DNA from: Schmidtea nova
Lineage: Eukaryota
Assembly (NCBI GenBank): GCA_044892505.1
Contig: CM097882.1
Coordinates: 380,432,001-380,496,000 of the forward strand
Reading direction: 5' to 3'
Length of the DNA stretch: 64,000 bases
The notes below the pieces were generated by a model that saw nothing but the letters and a program-made list of their open reading frames with translations, was not told the DNA's origin and did not search any database. Numbering within the stretch: the first letter of the stretch is position 1; every line of letters begins with the position of its first letter. Positions 1-12,100 of this stretch are shown here, in pieces. The position numbers and the translations under genes were made by a program.

Positions 1-819
1 CTTGGCCATAATTAAGTGGGGTAGAAACAATATAAGTTGGATTAGAAAATATAAGCTGTGGAAGTTTCTAAGCGAATAATTAGAGACAGAAAGGTTTTGA
101 CTCAAATCAATGAATAAAGGTGGAACACTACCAAATTTTCGAAGGCTGGTTAGGTGTAAGGTGAAATCTTGTGTGATTTGAAATAGAATAAATGTATGTA
201 GATGCTAGATACAAATAACAATATTATAGAAAGTTATGTGTCGATAAATTTGGAGGACATTTGAAAGATAAAGACATTCTATTAGCAGCAATAAATTTGA
301 TGGAAAAAATGCAATGATGAATAGCTTAAAATAATTCTTGCACCGCCGTGCAAATTGGCAACATATCTTCCAAGGAGTAACTGTAAATGTACAGATCAGA
401 TAAATATGCATTTTATGAATGTGTATGGGTTACGATAATTCTAATGACAATACTTTTTAACAAATCATACACCAATATTTTATAGCTTTTACAATCATTC
501 GTTTACATCTTGCACTCATCAATCTTTCAAATCATTTAATAAGATTTCGCTTGTAATTTTTGATTCGACTTGAATTTTTCGATCTATATTTACTATTTAC
601 CTTTACTTCTTATTAAAAATCTCTATTGTTTTATTTTATGTTTTATTTTAATTTTCCCACCCAATTAGGCACGTAAATAACTCCACCAGACCTACATTTT
701 GGAGATCCTTATTCTAGTTTCTTTCTCCGACCTGACAATCGACATGATCAAACTCAAGCCGTAAAGCCAGTCGATGCAAATTTTAAAATACTTCCAAAAG
801 CTATGAAAGATTTAACCAT

Positions 820-1125
820 TGAAAGGGTAGAATTCACGTTTAAATTAAAATTGCTAATAAACATTGAAATTGTATTTTTCATATTTCAGTAATTTTTATA
901 TAAACATTTAAAATTAATAAATTAAATTAAGCTTAAAATATATGTTATTAATTATTTAAAAATTAGCCAGCATTTAAATCAACATCAGAATGAAAGAAGA
1001 ATAGCCTTCAAGTTTTTGTTTAAATATTACGAGAAAAAGAGTAGTTTTGAATATGATAAATTTTGTAGATAATTTAATCTTTTTGATGGATACAGAAAAT
1101 GAATTCAATATGGTTGCTGCTAATA
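820..1125 (+). repeat. 5' LTR of element 1
   Basis: TGAAAGGGTAGAATTCACG...GCTGCTAATA; aligns with 5506-5819 with many substitutions and small indels. Confidence 0.9.
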
Positions 1126-2150
1126 TGGCGACCACGTCAACAAACCTATTGATTAGCAGGATGTTACCAGAAAGATTTCACAGAGACGATGAATTCATTA
1201 AAGAATGTCAAATTTCTTTTAATATTATGAAAATATCTGTCAAGATGCAGATGATTCTGGTTACCATACTGTTGGATAAACCATTATATGACGAATATTA
1301 AAAAGCAGAAGGAAAAACATTCGAGGAAAAACTGAGGACAGCATTTTCGAGGCCAAAATCATTATTAGAAGACTTAAAAGAAGCTCTAAATTATGAACAA
1401 GGATCCGATTCTGCAGACCGCTTCATCGAAACAGTAGAGAAATTAACCAAAAAGTTATTATGACATGAGTGAAACGAAGAAGAATTTAAAAAATTCCTAC
1501 TCATGAATGGGACTTGACAGAAAAAAGTTTAAAAAGAAATAGAAATGCAAGAACTAAAGACGTCAGAAGAAATTAAAAGCACAATTAGAAAAGTTGAGGA
1601 AGTGAATAAAACTATAAGACATGTTAACACCATTCGACCTGTAGCATATTCGAAACCTGTCAAAAGCTACAGAGATGCCGTTCAAAGACCTGCACAGACA
1701 AATGTGATGCCGATGTCAAAACCATTGACTAAAAACGTCGTATGCTGGACATGCCAAAAACCAGGCCATATAAGTCGGGAATGTACCATGAAGATGAAGA
1801 TTCACTGTTTTGGATGTGGATTATATGGACACGTACGCCTAGAATATCCAAACATCCAGTGTAGGAGAAGTCATCTACGAGGTCACAAAGAAACTGAATG
1901 CTATGCAAACCTAGAAAGATTTAAACCGAAAATGAGCCAACATGGAAGAAATAATGCAGCATATCAAAAAAAGGTTCCCTATTTCAACCAAACAATCAGT
2001 ATAACAGAGAAGAGGTAGCAGCTATTGGAAATCAAGATACAAAATATCAGGTAAATTATTCAAGTGAAGCCAAAGAGAAATACGAAGAAATGCAATACCC
2101 AAACGAGGACGCTTCATCACAGGACGCAATGATCGGAGCCATTTATTAAG
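1125..2150 (+). pseudogene. gag: gag of element 1, disrupted, three CCHC-type knuckles
   Basis: Starts MATTSTNLL; CWTCQKPGHISREC, CFGCGLYGHVRLEY, CRRSHLRGHKETEC; stops and frameshifts. Confidence 0.85.
1126..1137 (+). promoter_or_regulatory. Primer binding site (possibly tRNA-Arg type)
   Basis: TGGCGACCACGT directly after the LTR; tRNA identity from recall, not verified. Confidence 0.7.
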
Positions 2151-2348
2151 TAATTTTGATTTTGATGAATATGCTGGTTATAATAATGTAAATAATTTGA
2201 ATAATGTAAATAATTTTATTTTGTTAGTAAAGATTTATGTAATAATATTGATAATAAAACTAATTTTAATGTTTATAAAAGTGGCAGTAAAGATCATAAA
2301 AATAAAAACCGAAAAATAACGTGTAGCGATGAAAGAACAGGAGAAAAA

Positions 2349-2821
2349 GTGTTTAGTTTCCTAAAAAAGACATTTGATATGAATGAAGTTAGGATTATGC
2401 GAATTAATGAAATTTCCGATAGTATAAAGAACAAAGTGGAACAAAATATAGTTACGAAAGACGAATGGAAAAGACCTCATTTGACTTATCATAAAATGCA
2501 AGGTAGACCAAGTATAACACTTGAAATTCTGGGCCGCCGAATTGAGTGTCTGTTAGATACAGGAGCAGGAATTAATGTAATGTCTAAAGCAGTACTGGAT
2601 AAACTGGACAAAGTCGAGATAGTAAAAACAGACGAAATGCTAAGTTGTGCAAATGACAGTAAATTGGAGACTATTGGTAAAAGTCAATTAGATGTAAAGA
2701 TAGGGAAGCTAACAAAAATAGTTACCTTTACTGTAGTACAAAACATTCTCCCAGATGTTATTAAAAGTGTAGAATTACAGAAAAATTTTGATATTGAAGC
2801 TAAGATAGATTCAAGAGAATG

Positions 2822-2887
<66 letters not shown>

Positions 2888-5508
2888 TATTACAAATGAA
2901 GAAAAATTCCAATATGCGATAGAGAAGTTGAAAATAAAAGAAGATAAATTACTTTTAGAAATTATCAAGAGAAATAAAATGTGTTTTCATGGCTGACAAG
3001 TGGGATATTGAATGCACTGATTTAATTGAACATATAATTGAAAAAACTAGTGGACCAATAATGATAGAGCCGAGAATACAGCCTTTAAACTTGGAAGAGA
3101 AAATAAACACGTCCATTAAAATTCTGGAGGATAATAATATTATAAGAAAGTATAATTCACCTTGGAACACCCCATAAGTGTGCGTTTGGAAAAAAGAAAA
3201 GAAGGATATCAGACTCTGTACATTAGACAACTTAACAAAATTACTGAAAAGTAAGCTTTCCCGATGCCTAATGTTTACGAGATATTAGATGCTTTGCATG
3301 GAACTAGATATTTTAGTTCTATTGACCTTGGAAACGCATACTATCAGGTAAAATTGGATGAAGAATCACAGGAGAAAACAGTTTTTTCAACGAAAGAGGG
3401 ACAATTCTGTTTTAATTGAATGCCATTTGGCATCACAGCAGCACCAGGCACTTTTCAAGAGCTAATGACGAAGATATTAAAGGATTCATTGAAAGACGGA
3501 GTAATGGTTTATTTAGACGATATATTAACTTTTACGAATACAATGGAAGAACATTATAAACTGCTGGAACAAGTATTGCAAAAAATTGCGGTTAATAAAC
3601 TAAGAATTAACTCAGAAAAATGTCAAATACTAAAAAGTGAAGTGAAATTCTTAGGCCATATTATAAATAAAGGCGGCATCAAAACTGATCAAAGCAAAAT
3701 CGAAGCTAATCAATCATTCAAAAGGCCAAAATGTGTGAAAAATCTAAGAAGTTTATTGGGCATTTGCAACTATTATCGAAGATTTATTAAAGACTACGCA
3801 AAGAAGAAAAGAGCTTTAGAGAGTATATGTGGTAAAAATAGCGCAAAATAATATGGAATGAAAGAAGGCTTTTGAGAATATGAAGTTGGCATTGTAAGCC
3901 ACACCGACCTTGGTATTTCCGGATTTTAAGAAAGAATTCATATTGGATACGGACGAAAGTTTTGATACGATTGGCGCAGTATTATCACATAAGAATGACA
4001 TAGGATATGAGCAAGTTATCGCATATGGATCACATGTGATGAATGACCACGAAAGGGGTTATTGTATTACGAGGAAAGAATTTCTGACTATATATTATTT
4101 TTGTCGACATTTCAATCGTTATTTATATAAAAAATATACACTACGTACATATCATAAAGCAATAACGTTTATGCTAACAACAAAGAATCTAATTACAACT
4201 CAATTCCAGACCTGGATAAACTATTTAAGCAGCCTTGATATAAAAATAAAATTTAGAAAAGGTACATTACATACATACGCAGACATGTTATCGAGGAAAA
4301 CGTGTGGCACATGTGTACAATGCCTTATGGATCACGATAATACTAAAAAGAGAAGAATGAAAACCAGATGAAAAGAATGAAAACCAAATATAATGACTAA
4401 AGGGAAAGGAGAAGAATGGCAAAGAAATAGTGAAGAAATAGATTACATTAAAAATAAAATAACAACACAAACAAGTAAAAGGTTTATAATAGAAGATAAC
4501 ATTATTTACACCAAAGAAAGAAGAATATGGATACCAAAAAGCAAAAGAAGAGAAATTATTAGGAAAACACATTTACTATTATGTCATGCTGGAGTTGGTA
4601 AAGTAATCAAATACATACAAAACAATTTTGGTATCAGAGATTTAATAAATAAGGTAAAAAACAATATCAAATTGCAAATCGTGCCAAAAAGTTAAAGTTG
4701 TAACTACAAAGATGAAAGAGAAACCTAAAGTACTTAAAGCATCAGAACCTTCCGAGAAAATATACATGGACATCTGTGGCCCAATCAAAGAATCATTTAG
4801 CAGGAAAAGATACATTTGCACAATAATCGACCATTACAGCAAATACATTTCGCTAACAGCAATAAATAAACAAAATGAAGAAACGATTGGGAAGATATTG
4901 TTAAACAACTGGATTCTAAAATTTGGGACTGTTAAGGAACTACATGTAAATTGCGAGGAAACATTCGAAACGAATAGTATAAAAAATGTAATCAAGAAAG
5001 CAGGGATCGAAATAGTGTTTTCGAACCTATATCATAAAAATAAGAATGATATAATCGAAAGACTATTCCGGACAATAAGAGATTTTAGTATTGCGTCGCT
5101 GAAAGACAGAAATACAAAAGACTGGGCAGATCTTATTCCAGAAATAGAATATACACTCAACGCGACAATCCAAAAAACAACGGGAGTAAGTCCAGTTGAA
5201 ATTATTTTTTGTAGGAGAATCGATAGATCGAAATGGTAAAGTGATAGCAGAATCAACAGAAAAGTAATCGCATTGAAATTTGAAAGTAAAAAAAATTAAA
5301 TGACGAAACCACAACTGCAAGGAAGTTGGAAGTGGGAGACAAAGTGTTAATCAAAAGAGAAATACGATACAAGGATCAAAATAGGTATGAAGGACCATAC
5401 ACGGTAACAAGACGAATACACGATCGTAGTTATATGCTGAAAGATAAATGTGGAAAGTCTTTAATCAGGAATATTGAAAAGATTAGAGAATTTAAAGAAA
5501 TGGGATGA
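2349..5508 (+). pseudogene. pol: pol of element 1 (PR, RT, RNase H, integrase), fragmented
   Basis: LLDTGA; MPFG...YLDD; ILDTDES; integrase YMDICGP core; C-terminal EGPY; many frameshifts. Confidence 0.93.
2826..2884. repeat. (TA)n microsatellite inside pol
   Basis: About 30 perfect TA units between PR and RT. Confidence 0.95.
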
Positions 5509-5819
5509 AATGGCAGAATTCACGTTTAAATAAAAATTGCTAATAAACATTTAAATTGCATTTATCAGATTTCATTAATTTTTATATAAACATTTTAAAT
5601 TAATAAATTAATAAATTAAATTAAGCTTAAATTATATGTTATTACTTATTTAAAAATAAGCCAGCATTTAAATCAACATCAGAATTAATGAAGAATAATC
5701 TTCAAGTTTTAGTTTAAATATTTCGAGAAAAAGCGTAGTTTTGAATATAATAAATTTTGTAGATAATTTAATCTTTTTGATGGATACAGAAAATGAATTC
5801 GATATCGTTGCTGCTAATA
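5506..5819 (+). repeat. 3' LTR of element 1
   Basis: Follows AAAGAAATGGGA and is followed by TSD ACCAT. Confidence 0.9.
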
Positions 5820-6292
5820 ACCATAATAAATTTTAATCAAATTTGAAAACACTTGAAAAGTTGTTGCAAACTTAAAATTCAAGCCTTCAAAATATGGATA
5901 TTACCATCTTCATCAACATATTTTAAATTATGTAATAAAAAATATATTGAAAAATCCCATTAATTAATGTTGATAATGTATACAAATATCTAGGAATTGA
6001 CAAAGAAATCAATGGAAAACATAATATTGAGGAGAAGCTAAACAAAGCCTTGGATTATACTGGAAAAATTAAGTTTAACAGACTAATTTTACCGAAGGTT
6101 AAAAAGGTAAATAATATAAAACTAGTGGAGTATTTGTGAGGATATTTAGACATGGTTATAAGCGAGCATTAAAATTAAATAATTACTTGGAGATAGTTAA
6201 AATAAGTTTTAAATATTTTATTAAAAATTTTATATTTAATATAATAATATTTTAAGTAAATTTTATGAAATAATTTTATATTAAAATAGTTT

Positions 6293-6807
6293 ATATCGTG
6301 ACTGAACGAATAAAGATAAACCAAAAATATTTATTAAATATAAAATGAATTGTTGCTGGATGCGTTTTCTTTTCATCAAAATCAGGCATGATGAATGGAG
6401 AGCTGCAATATTTCAATTCCATATCGTTTGGTAAATTGCCAACACATTTGCATCGATAATCCTTATATGCTGCAGAAACTGTAGTGATAACAATGATTAG
6501 AAATAAGAAGAAAATTGCGTTCATTTTGTAATAAGTGCTCATATCTTGTGATTTGAATTTCTTCTTACTTTTTGTTTTTTTAAACAACCTTTATATAATN
6601 NNNNNNNNNNNNNNNNNNNNNNNNNNNNNNNNNNNNNNNNNNNNNNNNNNNNNNNNNNNNNNNNNNNNNNNNNNNNNNNNNNNNNNNNNNNNNNNNNNNN
6701 NNNNNNNNNNNNNNNNNNNNNNNNNNNNNNNNNNNNNNNNNNNNNNNNTAATTTAATTTACTTTATATATATAAATATTTATAATATGAATATGACGGAG
6801 GCACTCC
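6293..6807 (-). other. Unclassified insertion in the 5' LTR, spanning the gap; holds an ORF fragment with a signal-peptide-like N-terminus
   Basis: Absent from the 3' LTR; AGTTT on both sides; minus-strand MNAIFFLFLIIVITTVSAAYKDYRCKCV. Confidence 0.45.
6600..6749. other. Assembly gap (N run)
   Basis: 150 N. Confidence 1.
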
Positions 6808-7002
6808 AGTTTAATTTAATTTAAAAAGTTTAATCTTTAAAAAAATAATAAATATGAATAAAATTTTATAAGTGTTTTAAATAAAAATGCTCGTTTTTAA
6901 ATTTGTTTAAATGTCCTCAAATAGGCAAACATTTTCTTGAAATAAATATTTTGGATGACTTTAGAATTTGAACTAACCGCAGATGTTTTAATAACATCTA
7001 AC

Positions 7003-8215
7003 AAGGCGACCACGTCAATCAAGCTATTATTGCGAAAATTAACGCCGGATGAATTAACGATAGATGGTGATGTTGAAATATTTATCCAACAATGCGAGAA
7101 ATATTTTAAGATTGTCAAATTAACTGGCTTCCGACAATATATGCCGGTAGGACTTTGGATCCACAAGGAGATCAAAGAAAAATATTTCCAAGTTGATTTG
7201 TCTATTAAAAATTATAGAGAAAGACTTCAGATAGCTTATAAAAAAGAACACGATAGTGCAGGATATTAAAGCCGCGTTTGAATATAGGCAAACGAATGAA
7301 GAACCAGAGGTTTATTTTGGAAAAATAAAGAGTCTGGTGGACAAACTTATGAGTCATGATTGGACAGCAGAAAAATTAGAAGAACAGCTATTGGTACATT
7401 GTTCCGCGGAAAAGTAGCTGAGAATGAAATAATGGGCCGATGAAATCGCATGTACAGAAGAAATAAAAAAGAAGATCAAGAAATTACACGAAGTTAGGAG
7501 AATGAGCGAAGAGATTTACGCGGTAAAGGAAAGAATACCCGAAGGAGAGATAAAAAGAAGCTATAAAGAGGTCACCATGAAAAATAATAGATATGATGAA
7601 CCAGAAAATAGAACCAGACGATAAAGAGAGAACGTATTTCACGATAATAATATTACAAAATGCTTTTGTTGCGGTGGTCAAGGCCATGTAGAAAGGGAAT
7701 GTTTAAACAGACAACGAAGAAATATCCAGTGTGATGGATGTTGTCAACAGGGACATACCCAGAGAGAATGTCCAAATAGGCAGCGAAGAATTATTTCATG
7801 TTATTCATGTGGAAGACAAGGCCATATCCAGAGAGATTGCCCGAATAGACAAAAAAGAGTCGTTACATGCTATACATTTGGAGTAGAAGGACACGTAAGG
7901 AGAGATTGTAAAAAAGTCAGATGTCAAAGATGTGGATTAGGAGGTTACAGGGCAGAAGAATGTTACACAAATCTGAATAGGTTGAAACAAAACATGACAA
8001 ATAGAGATAACGGACAACAAAGAGTAAATTACGAAATGGAAACAACGAAAGGAAGAATAAATTACAATGGAACAAGGACCTATCAGGGTACACACAATGG
8101 ACAAGTTGCATATATATGAAGTGAAAGTTATGAAGACGATGAAGAGAGGTTCTCTAGTGCTCCAAACGCGATGGCCCCGACAAGAGAGGACGTTGTCGGG
8201 GCGGTTTTTTAAATG
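7003..8215 (+). pseudogene. gag: gag of element 2, five CCHC-type knuckles
   Basis: (K)ATTSIKLLL...FIQQCEKYF; knuckles at about 7661-7965; internal stops (e.g. TAA at 7622). Confidence 0.82.
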
Positions 8216-8331
8216 ATGTCGGAGACTCCCACAAGGACAAAACAAGAGAGGAAATAGACTTGTGGTAGAATAGAGAGGATAAGGAGAAGAAGCAGGAAGA
8301 CGAGGACAAACGAGTAGTAGAAAAAGTTAAT

Positions 8332-8720
8332 ATGTTTTTTAAGAAGAAATTTGAAGAAACTGAGATATCTGAAGATGAAGAGCAGATAAGTACGGAAATC
8401 TTGACAATAGATAAAATGAGACCAAGTATTATCAGGTATGACATAATGAAAGGTAGACCTAGTGTGGTAATCAAAATCCAAAATCAAGAAATGGATTGTT
8501 TACTTGATTCACGGGCAATGGTTAACGTCATGAGTTTGAACCAGTAAAAAAATTTAATAATATTGAATTGATGAAAACGGCAAGTGTTCTAAGATGTGCA
8601 AATGATAACGAATTGGAAACAAAAAGTAAAGTAATGATGAATGTTGAAATAATGGGAATATGCAAAGTGGTAAGGTTCACGATTGTGAACCACATAACAC
8701 CAGAAGTGATTGGGGGTATA
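8332..8720 (+). pseudogene. pol: Aspartic protease part of element 2 pol
   Basis: GRPSVVIKIQNQEMDCLLDSRA, then LRCAND...VIGGI; cut by the hAT. Confidence 0.82.
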
Positions 8721-8859
8721 CAGTCCCGGATTACTCATTAGGCAAAGTAGGCAACTGCCTATGGGCCCCGCGACTTTTAGGGGCCCCATGAGACCGTGAC
8801 GAAAGAATTTTTTACTTACTTACTTATTTTTAAGAATAGAGGCGACTGACGACGCTGAC

Positions 8860-9116
8860 TGTAAGTAACTCTTCTAGTTACTGTATTTTTTTATTATGTT
8901 TTTTTTGTTGTTCGATTGTTTAAATGTGATAAAAAGAAATAAGCAATAGCTAATTACAAAATTAAAATAAATTATTATTAAATCAATATTTGAGCTTAGT
9001 TAAATTATATTATATATAAATTACCAATTACAATTATATCAAGCAATAATCAAATCCGATTCCTTTGCAATTGTAATATTTTATCAATTATATTCATCTA
9101 CCGAAGATCGGTTAAA
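8860..9116 (+). repeat. 5' LTR of element 3
   Basis: TGTAAGTAAC...GATCGGTTAAA. Confidence 0.92.
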
Positions 9117-9424
9117 ATGGTGTCAGAAGAAAACGATGAACATATTAATTCTGTCACATGCAGCTACTCTACTGAAAATATCACTGGGAAACTCCTTGCA
9201 AATAATTATATACCAGTTAGAAATGATAAAATAGTTTCTTCTTTTCGTGACGAAATATTTTGCAAATCTAATGTTTCAAATTATCAGAACTCCTCAAAGA
9301 ATCATGTGATGCGAGATAAAACAGTGAAAATTATTGATAGTGATTACAAATCGTGTCTTTCATCCGACATTAAACCTGAAAGACATGATAGTCATGTTCA
9401 TTACAATGATTGTGATAATGTTAA

Positions 9425-10279
9425 AAAAGCTCTCAAATTTCTGTTCAAGGAGAAGGCTTATTAAAAGCTTTTGTAAATATACCTGCAGAAATCCTCATAG
9501 TTACCAATGGACAAAAAACAAGAGGATCATCATTAACTATTGAAAGTCCATCCAAAACCGAAACAGAAATGACTAATGTAGCTGATGGAAACTGTAGATA
9601 TGTATACGTTCATCAATCTCCTGGAGATTATGTGCTTGCCATTCAGCAATTTGATCAGCATATCAATGGTTCTCCTTTTAGAATTACAGTAAAATCGAAT
9701 GATATTGATAAAACCATTGTCACCACAATCTCAACTAGTAAAAAGACAGAAGGTCATGGAATAACTGATGCAATTATTGATTTCCCTAATCAATTTAACG
9801 TCTTTACAAAAGAAGCGGGTCCAGGTGGTGTATTATTATCTATAGAAGGTCCAAGTAAAGCCATAATTGAGTTTAAAGACGCGAAAAATGGCGTATGCAG
9901 TGTCACTTACAGAGTTACTGAATCTGGATTATATACATGCATTGTAAAATTTAACAGAAATTATACAATGGGTTCTCCGTTTGCTATAAATGTAAACCAA
10001 AAGCAAATAATAGGAAACAGGTCAAATGAAATTCTCACTAAAGCGGAGCCGTTTAGACAAATGTATCAGATTGAAAAGAAGTCAATTTTTAAGACAAAAT
10101 TTAATAAAATAAACCTTGATCTCAAAATTGCGTGGTTGGCGTTGTTTCAATCTTCATCCGCTGATAAGAAAGAAGTTTATATCAACTACGATTACAAAAA
10201 CGAGTTAAATTTGCACCCAGTGAAATTGGAATTCACTGGCTCTCATTTATGTACGAATCCGACAAGCACTTGCCCATAA
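9425..10279 (+). CDS. Filamin-type Ig repeat fragment (about two repeats plus an unassigned tail) inside element 3
   Basis: GEGLLKAFVNIPAE...PGDYVLAIQQFDQHINGSPFRITV and GHGITDA...TKEAGPGGVLLSIEGPSKAIIEFKDAKNGVCSVTY...GSPFAINV; frame open from 9425, first ATG at 9569. Confidence 0.85.
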   Translation, partial: KSSQISVQGEGLLKAFVNIPAEILIVTNGQKTRGSSLTIESPSKTETEMTNVADGNCRYVYVHQSPGDYVLAIQQFDQHINGSPFRITVKSNDIDKTIVTTISTSKKTEGHGITDAIIDFPNQFNVFTKEAGPGGVLLSIEGPSKAIIEFKDAKNGVCSVTYRVTESGLYTCIVKFNRNYTMGSPFAINVNQKQIIGNRSNEILTKAEPFRQMYQIEKKSIFKTKFNKINLDLKIAWLALFQSSSADKKEVYINYDYKNELNLHPVKLEFTGSHLCTNPTSTCP

Positions 10280-11150
10280 ATATTAACACCTCTTTTCAAA
10301 AAATTGTACAAGAAATCGATAATTTTGACTTGACTAAATTTCACAGATTGACTCTTATCGATTTCATTCATCATTTAATCTTATTAAAACAGAACTGAAT
10401 ATATTATGAAATTATAAATAATGACATTATCTCTACTCTACTTAAATTATTCTTTGAATTTCATTTTAATACATTCCTTCATTGCTTCGTTACAGAAATA
10501 ATAAATAAACTCATTTCTTATTCGTCAATAACTTTCAACACAAATGACTCTACAAATCCATTTAGTAATATTCCAGTAAAAAGTCTTGAAGAAATTATTG
10601 TGAAACAAGACATTTTAAATAAAATTGTTATTACTTGGAACAAGACTTTGACATCCATAAATAGTCCTACTGTGTTGACTAGAAACACACATTGGCCATT
10701 TTTAAATGAAATTATTAATACTATTGAGAAACATATTAATGTTTTTATTTCCATAATAGATCAAGACACACTAAACATTTGGAAAACATTCTCCGAGACT
10801 AGAAGAAAATAATTGTCGAAATTCAAACAACAAATCACTGACGAACAGCAATCAATGCGCTACAATGACGAAACTGAATTCCAACTGTTTGGTAAATAGT
10901 AAGAGTTCTTGCATTGCTTTATGGATAAATGCTGGGTTTGTGGGCACCATTCCCAATCGAGCACTTAAATATCGAATAAACATTAAGAACAAATTTTCTA
11001 TTTTATATAATCAAATAAACAAAAAATTTAACGTCAATACATGCGAGTATGCCCTCATTTACAACACCGCAACAATTCTAACAAAAGACACCCCAGAAAC
11101 TTTAGGAATGGGCAGCAATTCATTCCTCGACATTTATTACCTTTTAAAGG

Positions 11151-12100
11151 GTGGCGCTGACAATAATGATGAGGGAAAGGCGACAACAGTCACCTGAACA
11201 CATACATCAATTTAACAAACCATGTCATTTTTTCCTCAACAAACAAGGATCTCCCACGGCGTGGTTTATAATCATGGAAACTTATTTCCAAAGCTATAAC
11301 ATAACAACACAAAAGCAACAATACAATTACTTATTGCAAAACTTGCCCCATGATATCCTTTCACATATTAGTGACGCAATAGTGTTAGCTGCATCACATC
11401 CAACTCCATACACCATCTTAAAAAACTCTGTACTCCATTACTATTCCGAGTCTCAGTCAAACGTTTTTCATCGTTATTTCAAACGCTTGAACATTGACGA
11501 TCAAAAACCATCCACGTTTCTCAACAAAGCGATCTCTGACCTTGAAACCTTACAGAAAGGAATCACTGCAGACGAAACAGTTTTAAAACGTTTTTCTTAT
11601 CAGCCCTCCCAGATACTACACAAACCGTACTAGCATCACTGCCATCTGCAAATGTGAAAGAACTTGTAGATGTAGCAGATAGAATCGCCGACATAACGCA
11701 AACAAATAACCCAACCGTCAACGCGATTAGTAAAAGAACCGAAATTATTAATGAAAATCTAATAGTAAACGCCATCGAGAAATTATCTCAGAAATTAGAC
11801 AATCTACAAATAGATAGGCACAGTAGAAAACACACACAAAACAACTCTAACGGTTCCAGCCGGAACAACTCATTCAACAGAAATAAACGACTTTGACGTT
11901 TTCACAACACTTTTAGAAAAGAGGCAAGAATCTGTAACATAGGTTGCGAATGGCAAAATAAACTACCGACATGCAAAACACTTGACGTTTGCATTTACCA
12001 TGCCCGATACAAAAATCAAGCAAAAAAATGTCTCGAAGGTTGTAAATATTCAAACAATAACTCCAGACATTTCGAAAAAGAGCAATCAAAAAACTTGTAG
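11151..12100 (+). pseudogene. gag: gag of element 3
   Basis: PTAWFIIMETYF...LLQNLP...PYTILK...DDQKPSTFL, typical of metazoan Gypsy gag; frameshifted. Confidence 0.8.

Larger units (their letters stand above)
820..5819 (+). mobile_element. Ty3/Gypsy LTR retrotransposon 1, full length but decayed
   Basis: Direct repeats at 820-1125 and 5506-5819; TSD ACCAT at 815-819 and 5820-5824; PBS TGGCGACCACG at 1126; purine tract before 5506; gag-PR-RT-RH-IN order. Confidence 0.93.
6135..7003 (+). repeat. 5' LTR of element 2, interrupted at about 6293-6807
   Basis: 6135-6292 and 6808-7003 align with 20157-20193 plus 21131-21403. Confidence 0.8.

Noticed and set aside
60-420. Possible LRR-like host exon on the minus strand (IDLSQNL)
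   Set aside because: A single short motif with no supported splice structure.
1047-1124. N-terminal part of ORF 1047-1301
   Set aside because: Lies within the LTR; the likely gag start is the ATG at 1125.
6291-6587. Naming the ORF TMEM9
   Set aside because: Only a D.RCKC resemblance; the downstream cysteine pattern does not match and the gap is adjacent.
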